Translations under genes and position numbers: made by a program
Assembly (NCBI RefSeq): GCF_964204645.1
Contig: NC_134027.1
Coordinates: 26,126,560 to 26,190,559, forward strand
Origin: Tubulanus polymorphus
Lineage: Eukaryota; Animalia; Nemertea
Length of the DNA stretch: 64,000 nt
Direction of reading: 5' to 3'
The notes under the pieces: model-generated
The model's database searches: none
What the model saw: only the letters and a program-made list of their open reading frames with translations
Told to the model about the DNA's origin: nothing
Shown: in pieces, positions 1 through 13,529 of the stretch
Position numbering within the stretch: the first letter of the stretch is position 1
Layout: each line of letters starts with the position of its first letter

Positions 1-984
1 GCTTTTCTGATAGAAGTTTCTCGGGATAAACAATAAATTGTCCTCGACTTACAGTGCTGACCTCATCTGTTATTGTAGGTGATTGAGTAGTTTGAATTAG
101 TCAGGTCAGGTCCCCGGCGTTATGAGGCTGTTAGCTACTTTACAATCGGTTCTGATTTTCGTCGCGTTCAATTGATGTTGACATTTTAATTACCGCCGAT
201 AAGTTTCTGCCGTAATCGACTTGAAAGCTCATCAGCTCGGATTAACCGGCATTAAAAACGAATAAAATTCCTGAATTTTCTCGAATCTGCATTTTCATTC
301 CGAATACGAATGATTGGAGAGAGCCCGCCAGTGCAACTGTCTCTTAAAGAAACTGTTTAATTCCTTCACAAGACTAAGATTTCTTCTACTGGGTTTTGCT
401 TTCTGAAAAAAAATCATTTCATAGTAAATATGACTAGGTCAGTATTTTGGTCTATAGGGATGACTTTTCTTTCACCTTTTATGAAATAGCTATAGATATA
501 GCGTTTAATGAGAGGCTTCTTTTGGTACCTGGGGGTTTCTACACCTTAGACTTCGTGACAATAGATCGAAAATTCGAACAATTCCGGCTTCAGTCAGAAA
601 ATTACATCTAATTTAACGATGAATGGGCCGGTCAATAGATTGAAATAGCAGACTTAATCATCTAGAAACAATGAGTACACCGTGGTCAAAATGTCACAAA
701 TGAGCCTTGGTTATTGTGAGTTTGGGGGATGTCATTGTGATCAAGGTCCAACAAACTTGAATAGGGGAATTGTATTATCAAAAACAAGAGTCTAATCTTT
801 GATAGCCTAGATGCGGGGATTGTTTCGTCGACAATAGTCCGAGATGAATAAGGGTATAAAGATGTTGGTATTGTTGCGTGGATTTCCTCTGTATTGTGGT
901 AAAACAAAGCGATTTGTTTGATTGCGATCAGGGCTTTCATCACGTGTATATTAACTCAGACTGTGTTTTATTGTGTATTTGTAG

Positions 985-3900
985 GTGCCCCAGATAACTC
1001 GAATTCGGCGAGCGAACAGGTCCATGTATGTCCTTATTGCAACTATAGTAGCATTAGCGAACTACGAATACAGGCTCATATACACACTCAACACATGCAG
1101 ATGGGAGGCCGAGGATTCTTGTGTCCGCTATGTCAGGAAAAATACACCGAAAAACCCAAATTAGAGCGCCATCTGATGGCCGCGCATAACGTCAGCTCGG
1201 ACGCGGTACAACGATTGATGGTTATGGTCGATCAAACGGAACTCTTCAACAACGCGTCGAACCAGCAGCCGAAGTCGCCGGGTACGCCGACCGATAGCCC
1301 GGCGACGGCTGATTCTAACAATGTGCTGACCGAACCGGCTGAAAACGTCGATAACAGTTCCGATGTCTCGGATGCCGACGCTATAAGGATCAACCATGAT
1401 GAAGGTATGTACTTTCAAATATCGCCCGTAATTTTCATTTTCAAGTGGTCAAAGTTTGAAGTCCAGGAATTTAGGGGAATTGTTGATAATGAATAAATGA
1501 TACTAGTTCAGTTATAATAGCGATGTAGTCATCATACCGGTTAACCATTGAGGAAAAATTCTGTGTCCGTGTTGAGAGGATGATATAAAAAATCCACGCT
1601 GATGAAAAACAGAGTGCAAAATGTTTCTTTGAGCTTGTGGTTTATTCGACATATAAGGATTGTGTTTGATTAGGTGTGTCATATCTTTTCGCCTACACGA
1701 GATAATACAAGTCTTACATAAAATCCCGCATAAAAAATGAAATTATACGAGTCAGAAATATTTCCTCGAGCTATAGTGGTTTACCGATTATTCCTGAAGA
1801 TGATTGTGAGGATATAGTCGAGGAAACATTTCGGACTCTACTTCTTCTTTAAGCGTGGGATTTGATATCGTCATATATACAAGTCACCAGGCGATAGCGG
1901 CAGCATCAGCAGTGTATACTACTTACACCAGTCGCGTGTGCATAAAAAACAGTTTCTGAATGCTGAATATTTCTATTTCGATTCACTGTGTGTTAGTCTT
2001 ACTAATCAACGAGTCTTTTTGAAAGATCATCAGTTTGCGCAGACCACACAATGGACTCTATTTGCAACTGTCGATTCGTCGATTGCTAATTTAGCCCGTA
2101 AGATTGATAGCTCGTGAAAAGAGTTGCCCTTCACCCGAAAATGTCATGTAATTAGAAAATTCTCGATCGATCCGCAGTTAATCTCTTAGCCGGCGAGCAT
2201 ATCATATTTTTGCATGCTCGCGCTAAGTCGCGGCTCTAAATCTTGGCGGTGTATACCATTTTCCGACCGGAGCATAATTAGAAATCTTTGCTATATGCAC
2301 TAATGAACTGAGTTTCCTTGAATACGACAGCATTAAATATTTAACGCGCGTCGTGTAATGGATTGATATTGTTCTTGGTTATGATGACGGGTATTTTTCG
2401 CCGTCTATGAAGCAGTTTTCGAGGGCCTTTTGTATCGATCGGCCGATGGAATTCAGTCTAGATGGTTTGTTTGAAAAGATATACACTCGAGAGCGATTCG
2501 ACGCCATTCACGGAAACCCCTCCAGTTCTCGAGTTCCTGTATGTATCATCATTTGACTCGAGAGCCCCTCTCGCACTCTTGGCCCGATAAAACGTCGGCT
2601 GATTACTGACGAAGCGAAAACAAAACTCAAACCAAATCAGATCAATTTTCCAATTACGTCTGGCAGGAAATGAAGGGAAAACTTTGCAGGGAACCAGAAA
2701 AGTTTTTTATCGACCGAATCTAAATATGAATTAAACGAATATCTAGAAATTGTGATTCATTATTTGAGGTAATTATGCTACGACGGTAACTACTGATTAC
2801 TGCTAGTTACCTAGAAGCGTCTGCTAGGATCAGTGATCCATGCTTCTAGCGGCAAACACCTCAGCTATTTTTCTACGGTTCATCACTTTCGCATAATCGT
2901 ATAAATAAAAGTATCGTTGGCTGATGAGAGCCAATAAAAGCACGTTTAGTTTCCACTGTGTCGTCTAATTACGAAATATTGATCATACAGTTGCGGGAGA
3001 GAGTGTCTCGGATCGTAGCATAGTGCAGGCGATTAATCCACATAGCAAGAGACGCACGTCAATCGCTGGCGAAGGTGTGAGTTGAGGGGAAAACGTTTAT
3101 CGAATCTTGCGTTGTGTTCGTATTGAATTGTGCGATACGTGAATTATTTCCAATCGAAGAAAAACTAAGGAATGATCACGCTACTGCTAACTGCCATCTG
3201 CTGGTAGTCGGTCTAACTAGGTTGTGGATTTTTAACACTTGATCGGATGAAACATTTTTTTCTAAAGTGAAATATTTTACAGCTTTCAGTATCGAGAACG
3301 TATTTTCGTGTTTGAAACGTGTTTAATCGTGCGAATGATTTGTATTTTGTAGATGGCGCTATCCTGAACGAGAAGGGAGAGTACGAAGAACAGTATCGCT
3401 GTACGACTTGCTCAAAGACGTTCTCGAAGATCGACGATTTATACGCTCACCAAAACGAACTCGGTCACCTGGAGTTGAAGCAGACGCCGCGAGGTCCCGG
3501 TTACCTGTGCTGGAAGAGAGGATGCAACCAGTACTTCAAAACTGCTCAAGCGTTGCAAATTCATTTCCGCGAGATTCACGCCAAACGCCAACAGCTCGCC
3601 ATATCGGAACGCCATGTCTACAAGTACAGATGTAACCAGTGTAGCCTGGCGTTTAAAACTCTGGAGAAACTGCAAACGCATTCGCAGTATCACACGATAC
3701 GCAACGCGACGAAATGCAACATGTGCGGTCGCAGTTTCCGCACTTTGTCCGCGTTGAAGAAACACGTCGAAACGACTCACTACGAAACGATGACCGAACT
3801 CGAAATCGCCGAATACCAGGCGGCGTTGGCGTCGAATCCGTTGAATCTGATCGAGAACAACTGCAACTCTCCGAGTCTCGATAAAGAGAATCTCGAAGTG

Positions 3901-6900
3901 AGCGAAGGCGAAGCGAAAGGAAGAGCCGACGAACCCGGTTTGTCGGATACGGCTTCGGAGAAGAGTAATTCTCTATTGGACGATGATCAGTCGACTCAGG
4001 ATTCCGTTCACAACGCGATGGACGTCGACGATCCCGAGTTCAACAACCAGCATTTCGCGGAGGATTATATAAACAGTCAGGCTATAGCTGAAGATAGTTA
4101 TAACGATCCGACTCGCAAGTTCAAGTGTCACCGATGCAAAGTCGCATTTACCAAACAGAACTATCTGACGTCGCATAATAAAACGTTGCTTCATCGTAAA
4201 GGCGACCGGTTCAACTACCCGTTAGAAAAATACCTCGACCCGAATCGGCCGTATAAGTGCGACGTCTGCAAGGAAAGTTTCACGCAGAAGAACATTTTAC
4301 TGGTGCACTATAATTCCGTATCGCATTTGCATAAGTTGAAGCAAGTCGGGCAAACCGGTCACCACGGTACGAGTTCACCTCCGTTGAATAACATATCACC
4401 GCCGTCGTCGATGACGGTTTCAAGTCGACCGACGCCCGTACCGTCTCCGGTTTTCACATCGTCTATGACCGGCGTAAGCACGTCTACCGTGGACGGTAAA
4501 CCGTACAAGTGTAACATATGCAAGGTAGCGTACAGTCAAGGATCGACGTTGGATATACACATGAGGTCGGTTCTGCATCAGACTCGCGCTTCCAAACTGC
4601 AGGAGTTGGCGATGACCGGTCAGATCGATATGACGCAGCCGTTGATCGAGCAGCCCGAACCGCAGAAGGCTCATTCGCAGAATGTTTCTCAACAACACAA
4701 GAAAATTCTCGCCGACATGTTGCAACAGAAGCAGCACATTCCGATGTCTTCGTCGCCGATAAATCATCCATCGGCTCTTTTTCAACCGATGGTTTCGATG
4801 GGAACGCCAGTCACGCAGCCTTTGTCATTAGTGACGACGAATCCGATGACGCCTCTGAGCACGTTCTCTCCATCTCCGAGTCCGCAACCGTCGGCTTCAT
4901 CTCAACAACCGATGTATTCCTGTAATCGCTGCAACTCGATTTTTGTCAGCGCGGAAAATCTAACACAGCACCAGCAAATGTACTGTTACTTCCAAGCTCC
5001 CGGGATGAACTTACAAAACCCGTACTCATTCGTACCGCGACGATCAAAAACTCAGGTTCATAAAAACCTTCTCGCCAACTTCGGATTCGAGTGCGTGATG
5101 CATTTCAACGAGTTGAATCAAATCGTAAAAACCGACGAGGTAGAAGATGTTGTTAGAACCGATAACGGTGATGCTGATGAGGAGAATGATGGTGACAATG
5201 ATGACGATACTGAAAAGAAGAATGTTCCAGAGATAAAAAGTGAAGATAAGGATGTCGAGGTGAAAGAAGAAAGTGTAAAGAATGTTGAGGATGAAAAGAA
5301 GAATGTAGTCGATTTACCGGAAGTGAGCAGAGAAAAATGTAAAATCTGCTTGAAACAGTTTTCAAGTATCTGGGTACTGAAAGCGCATCAGGAAGAGGTT
5401 CACAAGAATCTCGTGCCGACGTCGCTAGTTGAAATGTGTAGCGAACATATCAAAGATGATCTCATGAAGAAGTTGCCTCCAGCCCAGCAAATAGGCGATT
5501 CAGTGATGCAGTCGCAAGCTACACCGCCAATCCCATCGCAACCAAACACACCTAACTCGGACATCAGCGTCAACGTGAAACAAGAAAATAATCCCATGGC
5601 CGGCAGTGCCATGGATCTCTCTCAGATGTCGCCGCTATCTCTAGTGAATATGATGCCGATTTCGTTGAATATGCCGATGGCGATGGCCCTGCAGCCTCCG
5701 TTAAACGTTATGATGCCTACGCTGAATCTTGATTCGTCGTTCCCGACTCCGGCGATGATGGATCCGAATTTCCTCGCCGCTCAGAAGATGCAGCAGCAAC
5801 AGCAACAAGCTCAGGCTAACTCTCAAAAACGAGCGCGTACTCGAATCAGTGACGAGCAACTGAAAATATTACGTGGACACTTCGATATAAACAATTCTCC
5901 GAGTGAAGAACAGATTATAGCCATGTCTGAACAGTCCGGTCTGCCTCAAAAAGTCATCAAGCATTGGTTCAGGAATACTTTGTTCAAAGAACGACAGAGA
6001 AACAAAGACTCGCCATACAACTTCAACAACCCACCATCGACAACTCTGAACTTAGAAGAGTATGAGAAAACTGGAAAGATTACAATGAGTGAAAGTGATG
6101 GAAATGACAATGAAAGCACGAAAAGTTCAGAAACCTCTGATGTAAAAGAGGAACGTTTGTTGCAGCAGGCAGAGTCTGAAAAAGCTAAACTTCGCCACCA
6201 AGACGTAGCATTAGCTGCCTCTAGTTTTCATCAACATCAGCAGCAGGAAGCTGCGCGGGTGCAAATGCAACTCGAATATGAGCAAGTTCAGAAAGAACAA
6301 CAGCAAGTTATGGAAGCTGTCAAACAGCAGTTAGCCGAGGCCCAGCAAGCGGCAGTAGCAGCCGTCGCTGCAGAGGCGCAAAGACAAAAAGAATTCCGTG
6401 AAAATCGTGAACGTCAAATCGAAGATATCATCGCTTCAAGTGTAGCGCAATCTATCGGCGGAGGTTTCCACCCCGCGTCGGCTGCTACTCCGATGATGAA
6501 TCCTGCTACACTGCAGAGCTTCGTCGATCGCACTCCGAGTACATCGGCGAGTGAATCATCTCAACCACCGACACCCGTATCATCGAGCGGTGCTGGATCT
6601 AGAAGAGCGAATCGAACGCGATTCACCGACTATCAACTGAAAGTATTGCAAGAATATTTTGAACAGAACGCGTATCCAAAAGATGACGATCTCGAACATT
6701 TATCGAAACTACTAAATCTCAGTCCTCGCGTCATCGTCGTCTGGTTCCAAAACGCTCGCCAGAAAGCGCGAAAAGTCTACGAGAACCAGCCCCCGATTGA
6801 AACGCCGTCGCCGAGCGAAGAGAATTCACACCGTTTCCACCGAACCCCGGGTCTCAACTATCAATGCAAGAAATGTCTAACGGTATTCCAGCGATATTAC

Positions 6901-9900
6901 GAACTCATCAAGCATCAGAAGAAACATTGTTTCAAAGATGAAGATATATCACCGAGCCAGGTGTTCAGCGGTTTAGAATCGAACATGTCTCACAACAGCA
7001 GCGATTCCAAACAAGGCGTCCTGAATTCATCGTCGAGTTCAAATGAAGAGAACCGAGTATCCGTCAAACAAGAACCGGTTCCCAGTTTCAAATGCGAGAA
7101 GTGTAACCTGACGTTCACTCGTTTCGATCTGTGGCAAGAACATCAAAGCATTCACATGATGAACCCGAGCATTTTCCCGAATTTCCCGGCGGAAAGCGCA
7201 TTCGGATTATTACAAAATATCGCGCAGCAATCGGCACAGCAACAACAGCAGCAACAACAACATAATCCTCTACCAGATGAGGAAGACGATGATGATAAGT
7301 TCCTGAAACGTAAAATGTCCGATGACGAAGATGATAAAGACGAACAACCTCGGGATAAACGTCTACGCACGACGATTCTACCCGAGCAGTTGGATTATCT
7401 TTATCAGAAATATCAGATCGACTGCAACCCCAGTCGTAAACAACTGGAAACGATCGCGCAAGAAGTCGGCTTGAAGAAACGCGTCGTGCAAGTGTGGTTC
7501 CAGAATACTCGCGCTAGAGAACGTAAAGGTCAGTATCGTGCACACCAACAGCTCATACACAAACGCTGTCCATTCTGTCGTGCACTTTTCAGAGCCAAGT
7601 CTGCCCTCGAATCTCACCTCGCTACAAAACACCCCGAAGAGATGGCGAGGGGCGATATAAACGTCGATAATATACCCGACGATATTCCCGAAGGCCCTAA
7701 TTCATTACCACCTAATTCTCCAGGATTAGATATGGCTAAGTTAATGGCAAACCCCTTCAATGTTCAGCCGTTTATGCCATTCATGCCTCCTAACGCGCTC
7801 GGCATGCCGCATGTCGCCGATCCGATGCATTTACAAATGAAACGCATGTACGAGGATTCCGTCAAACGGTACATGGACGATATGAATCAGAGACCGCCGT
7901 CGAGCGAGCCGTCGCAGATCTCAGCTACGTCTAATAAACCGTCGACGTCATCGACGCGCGCGGCAGACGACGGTCCGTTAGATCTCAGTAAACCCGTACG
8001 AGTCAACATCGACGAACGTTACCCCCACGGCCCGTTTACGAATCTCAGCGAGCGAAGCTGCGACGATTTGAACTCGAGTCGAATGAGTTACGACGAATCG
8101 GTGTCGGACAATCGTTCGGAGGGCGACGTCAACGATTTCAACGACGATAGCAATCACAGCGACGCCACCTCGCCGAGCAACGGGTTTCATCGCACGTCGT
8201 CGAGCGGAGCGTTAGCCGCGACGTCGCTGCAAAATATGCAATCGAATTCGGCGCCGAAACGGTTTCGCACGCAGATGACCAGCGTACAGGTCAAAGTGAT
8301 GAAGTATCTGTTTGTCGATTACAAAACGCCGACGATGGCCGAATGCGAGATGTTGGGACGCGAAATCGGTTTGCCGAAACGCGTTATACAAGTCTGGTTT
8401 CAAAACGCGCGCGCCAAGGAGAAAAAGGCTAAATTAGGATACGGAAAACCGTTCGGAACCGAAGCCCTTCCCGAGCAGAACCTACCGCCGGATGATTGTA
8501 AACTTTGCAATTTTAAATACACCCATAAGTATTCGATCCAAGATCATATATTTACGAAAAAGCACATCGACAACGTTCAGAAACACGTGCAACTCGAAAT
8601 CAGTAACGAACGCGATATCACGGATCCAGCTGCGGGCTTGCCGCGGCAACCGCCAGCACGCGATACAAGCGGACAGACGACTCCGAAATCAAGCGCCGAC
8701 GTTCCGACCTCGAGTCACCTTGCCCAACTACAAGCGATGGGAATGCAAGCTGCAATGGGACTCCCAACGCATATGGGAGGTAAGAGATAGCTGCGAGTGT
8801 GTTATTGTACTGCCTCCTGCTAGTTGCTAGGCTTAGGTAGCAGCGCATCTCGTTGGCAAGAGTGATTCACACCCATTGTTGCTTTTTACTTAATGCTTTA
8901 TAGTTGCTTTTATATCGCTGTTGTTTAGTCCGCAACCACCTTTTTGCAAAAAAAAATTCTGCTACGTGTGTCACCACCGATGAAATATCACCATTTGCTT
9001 TTCAAAATTCTCGTTTCGATTCACAAATTATATATCACAACCTCCGGAGAACCTCGCTTTTTACGTAGAGCTGAGTCCGATGAAATTCAAAATACAAAAC
9101 ATGAATTATGTTTTTGAGAAATTGAATTTGACGATTGGCCCCCCTCTTATCGAAACAACAGACTTGGCTCTCAGAAACACGAACTACTGACACAACGAAT
9201 CAATTCTAACGAAATAAACTAACCCGCGTTCGAATCTTGCACTTTAACTAATCATTTTGACTCACTATATTAAGCACTGTCACTGATTCTCACTTTGCAC
9301 AACGGATAATTTCTAACTTTCATGGCACCTGAATTGTAACGATCTCGCATCACATGATATGAAAATGCAAGCGTTAGTTATACTCGCACGGATTGATTGG
9401 TTTGGGTTTTCACATCTGCGTCTGATATAGAACTCAAAAACGCCTCACAAAACATAATTCGAGCACATATCTCTAAATGATTACTAATATATGCTTGTAT
9501 TTCATGTATTCCGTTTGTATTTACAGGTTTCCACTCGAATACAGATACCGGTAATGGTTCGGCTTTCTCAGAGTCTAAAGAACATAAAAAAGAAACTGTT
9601 TCATCCAATGCGTCATCCAAATCAGAACATAAAGAGGATAACAGTAAGTCATTTTGAATATAACTCTGCCGATGACCTTGACACCGATTGCATTACTGGT
9701 AATTGATGTTGAAACTGTATTTTTTAAGGTAAGAAGGAGAAGATGAATCCGTTGTTACAAGCTGGTCTGCCTCCTCAGATGATGTCTCCGTTCGGTCCGA
9801 TGTTTCCCGGCGCCGATGGGAACTTTCTACCGATCATGTATCCGGCGGCGATGCCTGGGTTTTTCCCGGGTCTCGGGATGCCTATGATGCAACCAGCTAT

Positions 9901-10472
9901 TTTCCCCGGTAAGAGAAACTTTTTACTCTTTATAATCGATATGCGATTGAAAACATCGGTTCATATTTTACATTTCGCATTCCCTCTTTTCTCGTGTAGG
10001 TGCTGAGAATTTCATGTCGTACGACCCGACACGTTTCGGCACTCCTCTATCTCTACTGCAGATACCTCCTCAAGCTATTCGCAGCGTGACGGCGAAACTT
10101 TCCGAACCGTCGGAAACCAAAGCTCAATACACGCAAGACTGTAAAAACATGTCGGATCTTAAATCGGTCGTGAACGCGGCGAGTTTATCGGTGGCGAAGG
10201 ATTCGATCGTCGACGTAGGATATATCTGTAAAAAGTGCCATATGGTCTACCCGGCCAAAGATGCGTGCGTCGCGCATCAACAGGTCATGTGCTACCCGGG
10301 TAAAAACATCGCCGAACTGAAAACAATCATCAAACTCGAACAAGTACAATATAAGTGCGGCGCGTGCAACGACGCGTACTCGACGGTGCAAGAGTTTAAA
10401 TCTCACAGCGATTCGGACGCGCATAAACTAAAACTGAATGTCGGTATTCCGTCGAAAATGGAAGTGGATTAA
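985..10472 (+). CDS. ZFHX3: Zinc finger homeobox protein, zfh2/ZFHX3/ZFHX4 family (5' exons lie outside the window). Exons: 985-1404, 3353-8779, 9527-9643, 9729-9908, 10000-10472
   Basis: Four homeodomains (KRARTRISDEQLKILR...WFRNTLFKERQR; RRANRTRFTDYQ...WFQNARQK; KRLRTTILPEQL...WFQNTRARERK; KRFRTQMTSVQV...WFQNARAKEKK). Many C2H2/U1-type fingers (YKCDVCKESFTQKNILLVHYNSVSHLHK) and a PLDLS CtBP motif. GT-AG junctions join in frame, all phase 1. Likely single ortholog of vertebrate ZFHX2/3/4. Confidence 0.95.
1720..1840 (+). mobile_element. Degenerate Penelope-type terminal repeat remnant with a truncated hammerhead motif (ZFHX intron)
   Basis: ttattcCTGAAGAtgattgtgaggatatagtcGA at 1788-1821 matches the family at 36775-36970, 46520-46662 and 60735-61445. 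The GAAAC end of the motif is disrupted. Confidence 0.55.
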
Positions 10473-12741
10473 AAAGATCTCGGAACGCGGACTAGGGTCG
10501 ATAGATCGCGCGCAGTACGGCGCGCGGTGTCCGGATTATCATATCATTATCGTCGACATCGACTTCCTGTATCGATGATAAACCGATGTCAGTTAATCCC
10601 TCGAATTATACTTGTGTCAGACGTTGCGTTTGTTGTCATGGCGACTATTATTTCACTAATTAACAAAACTGCATTTATCGCAGTTAATTAATAACATCGT
10701 CAGGCGGCGGTTACTCGTTAGCGGGACGGTGATTAACGATTAATTAACGATTGAATTAGGATTAACGTCGTCGCGAGTTCTTCGGATTGTACATTTTTCA
10801 CGCGATTAATTAACATTGCTAATGATGATTGAACGATTAATTATTGAAACTATATGAAAATCATGTAACAAAAATAATGCAACCATAACATTATGTACAT
10901 AATCGGGTAAACTGGGCAGTGTATATATATATATGTATAATGATGAATGTAAAAAGTTGTATAGATAAATGATGTAACGTTTGTGAGAGTTTCTTTTTTG
11001 CGCGAAAATTTATCGAGAGCTTGTTTTTAGAGGTTTAAGAAATCAATTTAATCGCGTTTTTCGCACGACGAATAGAAAGCTCGATTCGTATAGAAATTAC
11101 TACGATGTGATCTTTATATAAATCCCATTGAAGTTCGGAATTCGCATGAGAGGAAAGTTATCTCGATTCACTTTTTCCCCCCGAGAAAGATTTTCTTCAG
11201 TTTTTTTTTTTTTCGTTTTTGTTTTCTTTCATCTAACAGCCATGATTTATTTACCAGGGGTATATATGAGATTTAGTTTTTTTTTCCGGCACGGCTGCTT
11301 ACTCGTAACGTGGGGGACAAAGTCTGTAATTAGAGGAATGACGAAAATGTATTTTTTTATGAATAAGTAGACATTGCTAAGCAATAACGTACTCGGCGTA
11401 AGATGAGGAAATAATGAATAATCAAATAAGGGTCTATCATGTAATGATACTTATAATCAAAGCAGTCATGAAAGAGCTTAATTAAACGCTGTAAATGAAT
11501 GAGTTCAGCTCGTTCGCTGCGAATGTTTTGTATTCGATTATAAAATGAATGTGAAAAAAAAGTGATCTCAAATCGAATCGATATTTCATCCCTCGCGCGC
11601 TTTGGCGACGATTAAAAAACGGATATTCTGGGTTTTTTTTTTTTTTTTTTTTTCGAACGTCTACTACGGCTATTTCTTCATTCGTTCATTGATTGTTGTC
11701 GGATAAATTTATTATTAAGAAAAGTAAAAATGTTTGTTGTTGAATTTAGTAATCACGTGTGTGGCGTGTTTATGTTACCGTCAAAGTGTATTCTCGAGGT
11801 TTTTCACTTTAAAACGGTAGAACTGTTGTCTGTAATTAAAACTCGTAACTCCCCCAGAAAGAAGGGATTCTTAAACCAGTATTCCCGTCATAGAAACAAC
11901 CTTACAAATATCAGGTTTGTTCGAATTGAATAGTAGAAAATCAGTGATAAAATTATTAAATATATATATATATATATATAAATAGAAGATATATATTATC
12001 AATTATTATTATATTATTATTATTATTATTGATTACAATTATGATTATGAAGGGAATAGAAACGTGGTGTAAATAGTTGATGACATGTTTTTTCAGAATT
12101 AGCCTATCATTGAAATTGATCTCATTCGTTTTCTGGATCGCAACCAGATTTCATCATCGTCATCATCCATTTTCATTTCATAAACACGATCGGCACCAGA
12201 ACTAAAATCGATGATTTTCTGAAGCGGATTTAGACGCTTTAAAACGTTCCCCATGAAATGGACGACAACTTAGAAAATTAAAAAAAATTTCTCTCAATTT
12301 GTTGTGAACAAATGTGTAACAGAAATTTTTGCGCGAGCGAGGAAAAGATTTTCGGTCGAATTTTCCTGTAATTCGCGGTGAAAAGTTGCTCAAAATGTCT
12401 CATTTTTTTGCCCGATCGAATAGACGTAACGAAATGTGTAAAATCAGTTGGACGTAGCTGTGTTTATACGATGATATGTTTAAACTGCCACAGATTCATG
12501 TGTTATCGATGCTCAAAGAGCGAATAATACAATAATGATATATCATTTATGCACATAATATAGAAAGAAAGCGTCTTTTTTATTTTTTTATGTTGACGAA
12601 TATAAGAAAGTACCGAAGTGTACGACGAGCGAGTGGGTATTAAAAAAAAACAAACAAACAGTTTAATCAGTTCGTCTAAGTCATTGTGACTGGCTTAAGT
12701 TGGCTTAACTTTCGAAAGGTCATGTCACGATGTGGCTTAAA

Positions 12742-12821
<80 letters not shown>

Positions 12822-13440
12822 CTATAATGTAGTGAAATTTTCTATTTGGAGCATAGAGGCAGACGCGTGCGCACGAAGTACGTCTGCCCGTTCTTGAAAA
12901 CTGACCTTAGCGATTTTGTAGCCTTAGTAGAAAATGAAAAGTGTTTTTTCTTTAATTTCTATACATTGTTACCGTGTTTTGTTGATGAGATTTGTGAATT
13001 TTATACCGAAGCTGGTGAGACGACAACTGAATGAGACAGAGAGTGTGAGAGAGCGATATTTGTCGAACTTATTCCTAGAATTAGCGCGGATTAGTTAGAG
13101 AAAAGAAATACCATTCGGTCGAATCAGTTTATAGCGTTTTTGTAAATATGATGAAAAAATGCGACAATAATATGTGCCACATTAATAATAATGTCATTTG
13201 CCAAGTTATATATTGTGATTTTTTTTTCTGAAAGCTAGATTTCCAATTGCTAATAATGTGAAATCACTACTTTGTAATTGATATGTAGACCACGGGACAA
13301 GCTGTCATGCATGGTCCGTCAGATTATTGGCTTTTCGTTTTCATTGAGCGTTGGGCATTGAAACGTTGGTGCTCATTTCAAGTCAATTCATTGATTTGGC
13401 TTCTTGTGCATTTCTTTTTGAAAATAAAATGCAGTTTAAA
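10473..13440 (+). other. Probable long 3'UTR of the ZFHX gene
   Basis: AU-rich, transposon-free and without a credible ORF. AATAAA at about 13423, after which MITEs resume at about 13530. Confidence 0.55.
12743..12814. repeat. (TA)n microsatellite
   Basis: About 35 perfect TA units. Confidence 0.95.
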
Positions 13441-13529
13441 ATCATTAGACCAGAATCGGCGCCACCACCAACCTAAGCTGCATTATAAACTATCAACTTC
13501 TGCCGGAAGAAGTCAAGGTCTAAAGAGAG

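Noticed and set aside
3408-8848. Many short overlapping and antisense ORFs
   Set aside because: Shadow ORFs of the long ZFHX exon, with no independent motifs.
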